Source: Sinorhizobium meliloti
GTDB taxonomy: Bacteria; Pseudomonadota; Alphaproteobacteria; Rhizobiales; Rhizobiaceae
Direction: 5' to 3'
Length of the DNA stretch: 32,000 bases
NCBI RefSeq assembly: GCF_017876815.1
Contig: NZ_JAGIOS010000001.1
Coordinates: 2,340,001 to 2,372,000, forward strand
Made by a program: the position numbers and the translations under genes
The notes under the pieces: generated by a model
Database searches by the model: none
What the model saw: the letters and a program-made list of their open reading frames with translations, nothing else
Told to the model about the DNA's origin: nothing
Part shown: piece after piece, positions 9,181 through 16,090 of the stretch
Numbering within the stretch: the stretch's first letter is position 1
Layout: each line of letters starts with the position of its first letter

Positions 9181-9309
9181 ATAACCGGACGGTGACGCAC
9201 ATCGCCCCCAATGTGACGTCGGAGGCATACCGCCGGTTGCCAACTCACATCCCCCCTCAGTGAGTTGCCAAAGCTCAGCCAGTGCCCTTCCCTCGGCACT
9301 GGCTGTTTT
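9181..9309 (+). ncRNA. Candidate ~130-nt small RNA, running from the EcfG-like promoter to an intrinsic terminator
   Basis: The region is bounded by the promoter candidate (9150-9174) and the terminator (9277-9309). There is no + strand ORF of 60 aa or more. Internal complementary segments exist (AACCGG 9183-9188 / CCGGTT 9233-9238). This is inference only. Confidence 0.3.
9277..9309 (+). terminator. Rho-independent terminator-like hairpin
   Basis: Perfect 10-bp stem AGCCAGTGCC / GGCACTGGCT with the 8-nt loop CTTCCCTC, followed by GTTTTGCTT on the + strand. The minus-strand trailing sequence is not U-rich. Confidence 0.55.
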
Positions 9310-9365
9310 GCTTCGGGGTATGATCGCCGAGCGTGTTTGGGTTGTTGACGGTGGTTACCATCGAA

Positions 9366-9396
9366 CCTCATTCCTGTGACAAGCACAGGGATGAGG
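9366..9396. repeat. Palindromic intergenic repeat CCTCATTCCTGTG-acaag-CACAGGGATGAGG
   Basis: 13-bp stem with one mismatch, just downstream of phyR. It has the same architecture as 21242-21280 and as the IS target site at 21336-21351 / 23902-23915. Confidence 0.7.
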
Positions 9397-9477
9397 GTGA
9401 AAGCGACAGGTGCAGGGTATAGGGGAAGCTTGCGAGGCGATCCAGGGCCGATCGGCTCTGGATCGCGCGCTTCGAAT

Positions 9478-10272
9478 TCAGGCGGCTGCCTTTGTCGTCT
9501 CGTTGAAGAACAGCGCCTGGCTGATCAGGGCCTTCACCATTTCCGGATTGAAAGGCTTGGTGACGAGGAACGTGGGCTCGGGACGTTCACCTGTCAGGAG
9601 ACGCTCCGGGAAGGCGGTGATGAAAATCACCGGAACGGCGGCCGTCTTCAGGATTTCGTTGACGGCATCGATTCCCGAGCTGCCGTCCGCGAGCTGAATG
9701 TCTGCGAGCACCATGTTCGGCTTCGTCGTCTCGTAGAGGGCGATCGCTTCGTCCTTGGTGCGTGCGATCCCGGTCACGCTGTGGCCGAGGCTTTCGACCA
9801 TTTGCTCGATGTCGATCGCGATCAGCGGCTCGTCCTCGATGATCATGATCTCGGTTGCAACCTGACGGGAAATTTCCTGGGATGCGCGGTCGAGAAGTGC
9901 GGCCAGCTTGGCGGCGTCTACATCGAGTACTTCGGCGGCTTCCTGTGGCGTGAACGCTTCGACCGATACGAGCAGGAACGCCTGGCGTGCGAGCGGCGAG
10001 ACCGCCGCGAGGTTGACGGATGCGCGCTGTTCCCAGGCAAAGGGCGATACCGGCTCCGGCACGAGGACGGAAGACGAGCCGAACATGGATGTGAAGAGAC
10101 GGAACAACGCTACCCTGTCGCTGCTTGCTTCCGGAAAGATCGACGTGTCCGCGATAAGTGCCTCGAGCACGGCCGCGACATAGGCATCTCCAGAGGTCTG
10201 CGACCCGGTCAGGGCACGTGAATAGCGGCGCAGATAAGGAAGAAATGGAGCAATACGGGTGGACAATGTCAT
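9478..10272 (-). CDS. phyR: PhyR-type anti-anti-sigma factor response regulator (sigma-like N-domain plus receiver)
   Basis: 264 aa. The N-terminal ECF-sigma-like domain is followed by the receiver IMIIEDEPLIAIDIE...MVLADIQLADGSSG...TKPF. It is divergent from nepR-ecfG. It corresponds to what I recall as rsiB1 in S. meliloti. Confidence 0.92.
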   Translation of the reverse strand: MTLSTRIAPFLPYLRRYSRALTGSQTSGDAYVAAVLEALIADTSIFPEASSDRVALFRLFTSMFGSSSVLVPEPVSPFAWEQRASVNLAAVSPLARQAFLLVSVEAFTPQEAAEVLDVDAAKLAALLDRASQEISRQVATEIMIIEDEPLIAIDIEQMVESLGHSVTGIARTKDEAIALYETTKPNMVLADIQLADGSSGIDAVNEILKTAAVPVIFITAFPERLLTGERPEPTFLVTKPFNPEMVKALISQALFFNETTKAAA

Positions 10273-10312
10273 TCAGGGACTCCCTCGATCCATGGCGAAA
10301 TATCGTTGCGGA

Positions 10313-10337
10313 AACGTTTCTCCGAAAAAATGGTTCC
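10313..10337 (-). promoter_or_regulatory. EcfG-dependent promoter of phyR (GGAAC-N16-CGTT on the minus strand)
   Basis: On the minus strand, GGAAC (10337->10333), the 16-nt spacer cattttttcggagaaa, then CGTT (10316->10313). This is ~40 nt upstream of the phyR ATG at 10272. Confidence 0.75.
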
Positions 10338-10342
10338 GCTTC

Positions 10343-10368
10343 GGAACATTTCATTTTTCCGAGGCGTT
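10343..10368 (+). promoter_or_regulatory. EcfG-dependent promoter of nepR-ecfG (GGAAC-N17-CGTT)
   Basis: GGAAC 10343-10347, the 17-nt spacer atttcatttttccgagg, then CGTT 10365-10368. This lies upstream of the nepR start codons (10406 / 10433). Confidence 0.8.
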
Positions 10369-10405
10369 ATGGTGCAGGCGAACTTTCAAGGGCGAAATTG
10401 CAACA

Positions 10406-10600
10406 ATGAGATATACGACAGGGGCAGGGCGGATGATCGGTAAAAGTCCGTCCTCCGACGATCCGAATGCGCAGATTGCGGTGAAGCTGAAGGCCCTCTA
10501 CCAGTCGGTGCAGGAGGAAGCGATACCGGCACGCTTTCTCGATCTACTGGAAAAGCTGGAAGCTGCGGAACAGCAATCGGCTCTGCAGGGCAAGGAGTAA
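10406..10600 (+). CDS. nepR: NepR-family anti-sigma factor
   Basis: In frame with ORF 10259..10600, whose upstream part overlaps the promoter region. The start is ATG 10406 or ATG 10433 (the latter follows GGGGCAGGGCGG). NepR signature: LKALYQSVQEEAIPARFLDLLEKLE. It corresponds to rsiA1 as I recall it. Confidence 0.8.
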   Translation: MRYTTGAGRMIGKSPSSDDPNAQIAVKLKALYQSVQEEAIPARFLDLLEKLEAAEQQSALQGKE

Positions 10601-10607
10601 GCGCCGG

Positions 10608-11162
10608 ATGTCATCCGAAAACCAAGAGTTCAAGCGTGAGATGCTTGCCGCGCTGCCGAGCCTGCGCGCCTTTGCGATGTCGCTGATCGGGCGGCACGAC
10701 CGGGCGGACGATCTCGTGCAGGACACGATCATGAAGGCCTGGGCCAAGCAGGATCATTTCGAGATCGGTACCAACATGAAGGCCTGGCTTTTCACGATCC
10801 TGCGCAACGAGCTTTACAGTCAGATGCGCAAGCGTGGGCGCGAGGTGCAGGACAGCGACGGCCACTTGACGGAAACGCTTGCACATCACCCGGAACAATA
10901 CGGCTCGCTCGATCTGCAGGATTTCCGCCGGGCGCTCGAACAGTTGCCGCCCGATCAACGCGAAGCGATCATCCTTGTGGGGGCCTCGGGCTTCTCCTAC
11001 GAGGAGGCCGCCACGATCTGCGGTTGTGCGCTCGGAACGATCAAGAGCCGCGTCAACAGGGCGCGTCAGCGGCTGCAGGAAATTCTACAGGTCAGGGGAG
11101 AAAACGACTACGGGCCTGACGAGACCTCCGCACCCATCACCTCGCGTGCCTTCGTTTCGTGA
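10608..11162 (+). CDS. rpoE2: ECF sigma factor of the EcfG (general stress) group
   Basis: 184 aa with region 2 (DDLVQDTIMKAWAK...AWLFTILRN) and region 4 (REAIILVGASGFSYEEAATICGCALGTIKSRVNRAR). It starts 8 nt after nepR, in the phyR-nepR-ecfG synteny. Confidence 0.9.
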   Translation: MSSENQEFKREMLAALPSLRAFAMSLIGRHDRADDLVQDTIMKAWAKQDHFEIGTNMKAWLFTILRNELYSQMRKRGREVQDSDGHLTETLAHHPEQYGSLDLQDFRRALEQLPPDQREAIILVGASGFSYEEAATICGCALGTIKSRVNRARQRLQEILQVRGENDYGPDETSAPITSRAFVS

Positions 11163-11225
11163 TTCGATCCTGCAGCGCGGTCGTATCGGACGCGCAAGGG
11201 CCGCGGTAGCACCTCGATTTGTTGC

Positions 11226-11257
11226 ATGTCCTTGAATCGGTAACGATTCAAGGACAT
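11226..11257. repeat. Perfect 14-bp-stem palindrome ATGTCCTTGAATCG-gtaa-CGATTCAAGGACAT
   Basis: Read directly in the rpoE2-rsiC spacer, 64 nt after the rpoE2 stop. There is no U-tract on either strand. Confidence 0.8.
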
Positions 11258-11455
11258 ATGCAGTAGAGCGGTGCCGGATAGCGGTGGCTCGGGAGCGGAA
11301 GCGGGCATTCCGAGGGCTGCGTTCGATCGACGGAGCGCGGTCGCCATATTGCTCCAATTTGCTGTATGTTTTCATCCTTGGATCGGCTCCGGTCGAAGGA
11401 AACATTCAGCGGAGCCGAATTTCAGGTGCCTGCGCGAGTTTGGAGTTCAGGCCGG

Positions 11456-12961
11456 ATGCGTGAAAAGACAGAGGCGATGCTTCCAGCGGTAGCGCAGGTG
11501 CTCGACGCGCCGGAGCGGCTCGGTGTCCTTCAGGCTGCCGTGCCGGACATGTCGGTCCCCGACGAGGATTTCGACGGGCTGGCGCGGCTTGCCGCGAGCC
11601 TTTTCGACGCGCCTATCGCTCTCGTCAGCCTGGTCGATCGCGAATGGCAATGGTTCAAGGCATGCATCGGAACGACGGAAACGCGGTCGCACGTTCGCGA
11701 GTCCTTCTGCGTTCATACGATTGCGGCAGGCGATGGCGGCCCCTTCCTCGTGCTTGATGCCTCCCGCCATCCGGCGTTCCGCCACCGCCGGGCGGTCGGC
11801 AGTCCGCCATTCGTGCGCTTTTATGCGGGCGCGCCGATTGTTCTGGACGGTCAGGCGATAGGAACCGTCGCGGTTCTCGATGTCGAGCCCCGGTCCGAGG
11901 TCTCGGCCAAACGGCAAAGCGAGCTGCAGCGCATCGCAGGTGTCGCCGCCTCGCTGTTCAAGCTGAAGGACGAGGCGCGCCGCCGTGCGCTCAAGGAGGC
12001 CGCGCTTTCCCGCGAGGAGCAGCGGCTCGCCATGGCGCTCGACGCGGCCAATGTCGGCAGCTGGCTCTGGGACATTCGCGCGGGTACGGTCTCCGGCAAT
12101 GGCGCGATGATGCGCATGTTCGGCCTTCCGCCGGAGCGCACCGTCGGCGCCAAGGCGATCTTCTCCGCCATTCATCCCGAGGATCGCATCCCGACCTTCT
12201 CGAAGCTCCGTCAGGCGATGGCTGCCAACGAGGAATATGACGGCATGTTTCGCATCGGCACGAACGGGCGATGGCTTCTCGGCCGCGGCCGCGTGCACGA
12301 CCGGGACAGCAAGGGCGCGCCCCTGAGCTTTCTCGGCATGACGATCGACGTCTCGGACCAGCAGGCGTCGGTAAACCGTACGCGGCTGTTGCTGAAGGAG
12401 CTCAACCACCGGGTCAAGAACACGCTTGCAATGCTCCAGTCGCTCGCCCGCCAGACGCTCCGGCAAACGAGTGACCCGGCCGAGTTCATGACCGCCTTTG
12501 CCGGCCGGCTTCAGGCGATTTCCGAGGCGCACGGGCTCCTTTCCGACTACGAATGGGGCACGATCCACCTTTCGGAACTAATTTCGAAACAGTTGCTGCC
12601 CTATGTCAGCGACTATTCCCAACAGGTCGAGCTGCACAAGGACGAGATCCTGCTGGGTCCCGACCAGGCCGTCGGGCTTGGACTGGTGCTGCACGAATTG
12701 GCGACGAACGCCGTAAAATACGGCGCGCTCTCGGTGCCGACGGGGAAGATCGTGCTGACCGCGCGCCGCGTGGTCGAGGACGGCGAGTCCGTGCTGCATC
12801 TGACCTGGACCGAAGTGGGCGGACCGCCCATTCGCGAGCCGCGTCGCCGCGGTTTCGGCTCGATCCTGATCGAGCGCAGCCTGGACAAGATCATCGGGAG
12901 CTCGGTGAAAGTCGAATATCTGCCTGCGGGGGTCACGGCGTTGATCCGGCTGCCGCTTTGA
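11456..12961 (+). CDS. rsiC: GAF-PAS-HWE/HisKA_2 sensor histidine kinase (PhyK/RsiC-like GSR kinase/phosphatase)
   Basis: In frame with ORF 11366..12961. The ATG at 11456 follows a GGAG, whereas ATG 11366 has no SD. The protein has a GAF-like N-terminus, a PAS segment (WLWDIRAGTVSGNGAMMRMFG...), the H-box LKELNHRVKNTLAMLQSLARQT, and an ATPase domain (LHELATNAVKYGA...GFGSILIE). Confidence 0.85.
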   Translation: MREKTEAMLPAVAQVLDAPERLGVLQAAVPDMSVPDEDFDGLARLAASLFDAPIALVSLVDREWQWFKACIGTTETRSHVRESFCVHTIAAGDGGPFLVLDASRHPAFRHRRAVGSPPFVRFYAGAPIVLDGQAIGTVAVLDVEPRSEVSAKRQSELQRIAGVAASLFKLKDEARRRALKEAALSREEQRLAMALDAANVGSWLWDIRAGTVSGNGAMMRMFGLPPERTVGAKAIFSAIHPEDRIPTFSKLRQAMAANEEYDGMFRIGTNGRWLLGRGRVHDRDSKGAPLSFLGMTIDVSDQQASVNRTRLLLKELNHRVKNTLAMLQSLARQTLRQTSDPAEFMTAFAGRLQAISEAHGLLSDYEWGTIHLSELISKQLLPYVSDYSQQVELHKDEILLGPDQAVGLGLVLHELATNAVKYGALSVPTGKIVLTARRVVEDGESVLHLTWTEVGGPPIREPRRRGFGSILIERSLDKIIGSSVKVEYLPAGVTALIRLPL

Positions 12962-12967
12962 TGATTT

Positions 12968-13123
12968 GCCCCTCATCCGCCTGCCGGCACCTTCTCCCCG
13001 CAAGCGGGGCGAAGGGGACTCGCGGCACGGTTCGCCCCTCGGTTATCAAGGAGGATGGTGAGCCCGAGGCTTGTCCCTTCTCCCCGCTTGCGGGGAGAAG
13101 GTCGCGGCAGCGGGATGAGGGGC
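12968..13123. repeat. Composite ~156-bp palindromic intergenic element (RIME/Sm-repeat-like)
   Basis: The left arm (12968-13017, GCCCCTCATCCGCCTGCCGGCACCTTCTCCCCGCAAGCGGGGCGAAGGGG) is the near reverse complement of the right arm (13076-13123, CCCTTCTCCCCGCTTGCGGGGAGAAGGTCGCGGCAGCGGGATGAGGGGC). Each arm contains its own hairpin. It fills the gap between the convergent rsiC and yqjE-like genes. Confidence 0.8.
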
Positions 13124-13126
13124 CAC

Positions 13127-13558
13127 CTATCGATCGTCGCTGCGCTTGCGGCCCCGGCTCAGTCCGAGCAGCGCGGCAACGGCAATCCCGGTCGCCGCGC
13201 CCAGCAGCGGCTGCTTGCGCAGGATGCTTGTCACTGCGACGAGCGCAAGATTCGTCCGCATCGCCGAACGGCGCCGGCGTTCGTCGGCAAGCCGGCGGTC
13301 GCGGGCGTTCAGCCCGGCCATGACGCCGATGACGACCAGGGCGGTCACCACCAGGGCGGCGGTTACCGTCAGCGCTGCGGCGACCGGCGAATAGCGCGCC
13401 GAGAGAAGCAGGGCGATTGCGATCAGGGCGAAGACGTAGGCGCTGCCGAGAAGCACGGCGATGATGGCCCAGAGGACCGCATTGCGCTTATAGCGCGACG
13501 CCGCAGCGGCGGCGTCGAATGCAAGCAGGGCCGACAGGACAGTCCCGAGTGTCCCCAT
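13127..13558 (-). CDS. YqjE-like / phage-holin-family (DUF1469-type) small membrane protein
   Basis: In frame with ORF 13127..13576. The ATG at 13558 is preceded by AAGGGGA; the alternative start is 13576. It has hydrophobic TM segments and a basic C-terminus. It lies directly downstream of a DUF883 gene, as in the E. coli yqjD-yqjE arrangement. Confidence 0.65.
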   Translation of the reverse strand: MGTLGTVLSALLAFDAAAAASRYKRNAVLWAIIAVLLGSAYVFALIAIALLLSARYSPVAAALTVTAALVVTALVVIGVMAGLNARDRRLADERRRRSAMRTNLALVAVTSILRKQPLLGAATGIAVAALLGLSRGRKRSDDR

Positions 13559-13605
13559 AAGGTAGCTCCCCTTCATACTCGGTCAACGCGACGCCTGACA
13601 GGGCC

Positions 13606-13968
13606 TCATCGGCGCAGCAAAGCGGCTGCGATGAGGCCGATTACGGCTGCGGTGCCGAGCGTCGCAAGAGGATGCTCGCGTATCGTCCGACGGACCTCCC
13701 TTTCCGTATCCGCATAGCGGCCGCGCAAGTCGGAAAGCATCTGCTCGCCGCTCTCCATCAGGGCGTGCAGGTCGGTTTCGGCCTGGTCACGGGCGCCGCG
13801 CGCCTTGGCCTTTGCGTCACGCGAAGCCGCAGCGCCGCGGTCGGCAATCAGCGCCATGAGCTGCGCGATGTCTTCGCGTATTTCGTTCAGCTGATCCTCT
13901 ACCGACGGGTCGATCGCGCTGCCGTTGCGCTTGCGGCTGCCCGAGCCTGAGAACATGCCTGTCGCCAT
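13606..13968 (-). CDS. ElaB/YqjD/DUF883-family membrane-anchored stress protein
   Basis: In frame with ORF 13606..14046. The ATG at 13968 (MATGMFSGSG...) is preceded by GGGAGAAG. The protein has a coiled N-part (EDQLNEIREDIAQLMALIADRG...) and a C-terminal anchor (HPLATLGTAAVIGLIAAALLRR). Confidence 0.75.
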   Translation of the reverse strand: MATGMFSGSGSRKRNGSAIDPSVEDQLNEIREDIAQLMALIADRGAAASRDAKAKARGARDQAETDLHALMESGEQMLSDLRGRYADTEREVRRTIREHPLATLGTAAVIGLIAAALLRR

Positions 13969-14174
13969 TGTCTTCTCCCTCGCTGCTGTGCCGGCGCGAA
14001 ACGGCCGGCATGTGATCGGTTCATGCGAATTGGCCGGCGAAGGCACACTCCCCGGCTCTTTTGTGCGCCCGATAGGACACGCGGCGGCGCGATGTACACG
14101 CCGGCATTGTAGATCAACGCATGAGGGAGGAATTTGTTTCGGTAAATCCTGACGTTGCCGCGGTGAGCCCAGCT

Positions 14175-14975
14175 TTACATCGTGGCGGACTGCGGCAATA
14201 CGAACGGGATATCGTGTGCCGGAGCGACGCTCACCCGCATTCGGCAGCCGAAGACCGCTTCCATGGTCTCGTCGGTCAGCACGTCTTTCGGTGCTCCACG
14301 CGCCCGGATGCGGCCGGCTTTCATCATCACGATCTGATCGGCAAACATCGATGTAAGGTTGAGATCGTGCATGACCGCGACGACACCGCCGCCGTCGGCG
14401 CAGAATTGGCGCGCAAGCCGCATGATCGTGAGCTGGTGGCGGATGTCGAGGCTCGATACCGGCTCATCGAGCAGGAGATAGCGTGGTTCACCGGCCGCGA
14501 CCGGGGCCGAGATCTGGCAGAGGACGCGCGCGAGCTGGACCCGCTGCTGTTCGCCGCCCGATAGCTCCTGGTAGAAGCGCCCCGAAAATCCGGCAAGATC
14601 GACGGCTTCGAGCGCCTGGTCGGCAATCCGGCCGTGGGCGGAAGCCTCGCCGCCGTTGGCCATGAGGCCGAGGCGCACGATCTCCCGAACGGTGAACGGA
14701 AAGGAAATGACGGTCGACTGCGGCAGCACGCCGCGCTTGAGCGCAAGCTCCCACGGTTTCAGGCTTGCGATGTCGCGACCGTTGATGGTGACCTTGCCGG
14801 CCGAAGGCGTGAGCTCGCCCGAGATCGCTTTCAAGGTCGTGGTCTTTCCCGATCCGTTCGGGCCGACGATTGCAGTCATTGCACCGGGGGCGGCATCGAG
14901 GGAGATGCCGTGCAGCACCTGTCTTCCGGCGAGGCGGACGGAAATATCGGATGCTCTGATCATGGCCGCAATCAA
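14175..14975 (-). CDS. hmuV: Hemin ABC transporter ATP-binding protein
   Basis: 266 aa with Walker A (GPNGSGKTT), the signature LSGGEQQRV and Walker B (LLLDEP). It overlaps hmuU by 4 nt and is the last gene of the hmuPSTUV order. Confidence 0.9.
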   Translation of the reverse strand: MIAAMIRASDISVRLAGRQVLHGISLDAAPGAMTAIVGPNGSGKTTTLKAISGELTPSAGKVTINGRDIASLKPWELALKRGVLPQSTVISFPFTVREIVRLGLMANGGEASAHGRIADQALEAVDLAGFSGRFYQELSGGEQQRVQLARVLCQISAPVAAGEPRYLLLDEPVSSLDIRHQLTIMRLARQFCADGGGVVAVMHDLNLTSMFADQIVMMKAGRIRARGAPKDVLTDETMEAVFGCRMRVSVAPAHDIPFVLPQSATM

Positions 14976-16090
14976 AGTCCCATGTTCGACCGGCCCCTGA
15001 GCAGCACCCAGAGAAAGAAGGGCGCACCCACGAAGGCGGTGATGATGCCGATCGGCAGTTCGGCCGGCGACACGATCGTGCGGGCGAGCATGTCGGCGAA
15101 GATCAGCAGCGTGCCGCCAAGCAGGGCTGAGGCCGGCAGCAGGTAGCGATGATCCGGGCCGATGACCAGCCGCAGGAGATGCGGAACGACGATGCCGACG
15201 AAGCCGATGCCGCCGCTGACGGCCACCGACGCGCCGGTGGCGCCGGCGACGCTGAAGACGGCAATGTTTTTCAACCGCTGGACCGGGACGCCCATGTGAT
15301 AGGCAGCGGCTTCGCCGAGCGTGATGGCGTTGAGCCCGCGCGCCAGGAAAGGGACGACTGCAAGAGACACCAGGATGATCGGTCCGGCGGCGGCGATCTT
15401 GGTCCAGTTGGCGCCGGCGAGCGATCCGAGGCCCCAGAAAGTGAGATCGCGCAGTTGCTTGTCGTCCGCGATGAAGACGAGTACGCCCGTCACTGCACCG
15501 GCAAGGGCGCCCAGCGCAATGCCCGCCAGCAGCATCGTCGCGACCGACGTCTGGCCGCCGCGGGTCGCGATCCGGTAGAGCAGCAGCGTGGTGGCAAGGC
15601 CGCCGAGGAAGGCGCCGAAGGGGAGGGCATAGAAGCCGAAAACTGCGAAGAGCGGGCCAAAGGCAACGTCACCGAGCACGATCAAAAGCACCGCGCCGAG
15701 GCTTGCGCCGGAGGAAACGCCAACGAGGCCGGGATCGGCCAGCGGGTTGCGGAAGAGGCCCTGCATCACCACGCCGGAAACGGCAAGCGACGCGCCGACG
15801 AGCATTCCGAGCACGGCGCGCGGCAGGCGAATATCGAGGATGATGATGCGGTCGCGTGCGCTCATGGCCTGATCGGTCTCGCCGGAGAGCCAGCGAAAGA
15901 TACTGGAAAGCGATGCATCCGCCGCGCCGGTCGTTATCGACGTCATGAACGTCGCCGCCGCAAGCACCGCCAGCACTGCGATCAGGCAACGCGCCAGGCC
16001 CGCCCGGTCTCCGCTGCGCCAGTCGCGGACGATCCGGGCGGCAAGTGCCGGCCTGCGCATCGCGCCTTCCATGGCCTCACTGCGAGGCAT
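14972..16090 (-). CDS. hmuU: Hemin ABC transporter permease (FecCD family)
   Basis: 372-aa polytopic membrane protein with FecCD-type motifs (LRLPRAVLGMLVGASLAVSG..., GIGFVGIVVPHLLRL). The start could alternatively be Met7 or Met11 (16072 / 16060). Confidence 0.88.
   Translation of the reverse strand: MPRSEAMEGAMRRPALAARIVRDWRSGDRAGLARCLIAVLAVLAAATFMTSITTGAADASLSSIFRWLSGETDQAMSARDRIIILDIRLPRAVLGMLVGASLAVSGVVMQGLFRNPLADPGLVGVSSGASLGAVLLIVLGDVAFGPLFAVFGFYALPFGAFLGGLATTLLLYRIATRGGQTSVATMLLAGIALGALAGAVTGVLVFIADDKQLRDLTFWGLGSLAGANWTKIAAAGPIILVSLAVVPFLARGLNAITLGEAAAYHMGVPVQRLKNIAVFSVAGATGASVAVSGGIGFVGIVVPHLLRLVIGPDHRYLLPASALLGGTLLIFADMLARTIVSPAELPIGIITAFVGAPFFLWVLLRGRSNMGL

Noticed and set aside
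9376-10221. A 281-aa + strand ORF covering the phyR region.
   Set aside because: It is antisense to phyR, which has unmistakable sigma-like and receiver domains. This ORF also starts inside the palindromic repeat at 9366-9396.
11297-11323. GGAAG-N18-CGTT upstream of the GSR kinase gene, considered as a possible EcfG promoter.
   Set aside because: It has a -35 mismatch and a spacer outside the N16/17 seen at the two clear promoters. That is too weak to call from sequence.
13055-13717. A 220-aa + strand ORF starting inside the composite palindromic element.
   Set aside because: It begins with repeat-encoded sequence (PSPRLRGEGRGSGMRG). It is antisense to the yqjE-like and DUF883 genes, which have proper SDs and membrane-protein features.
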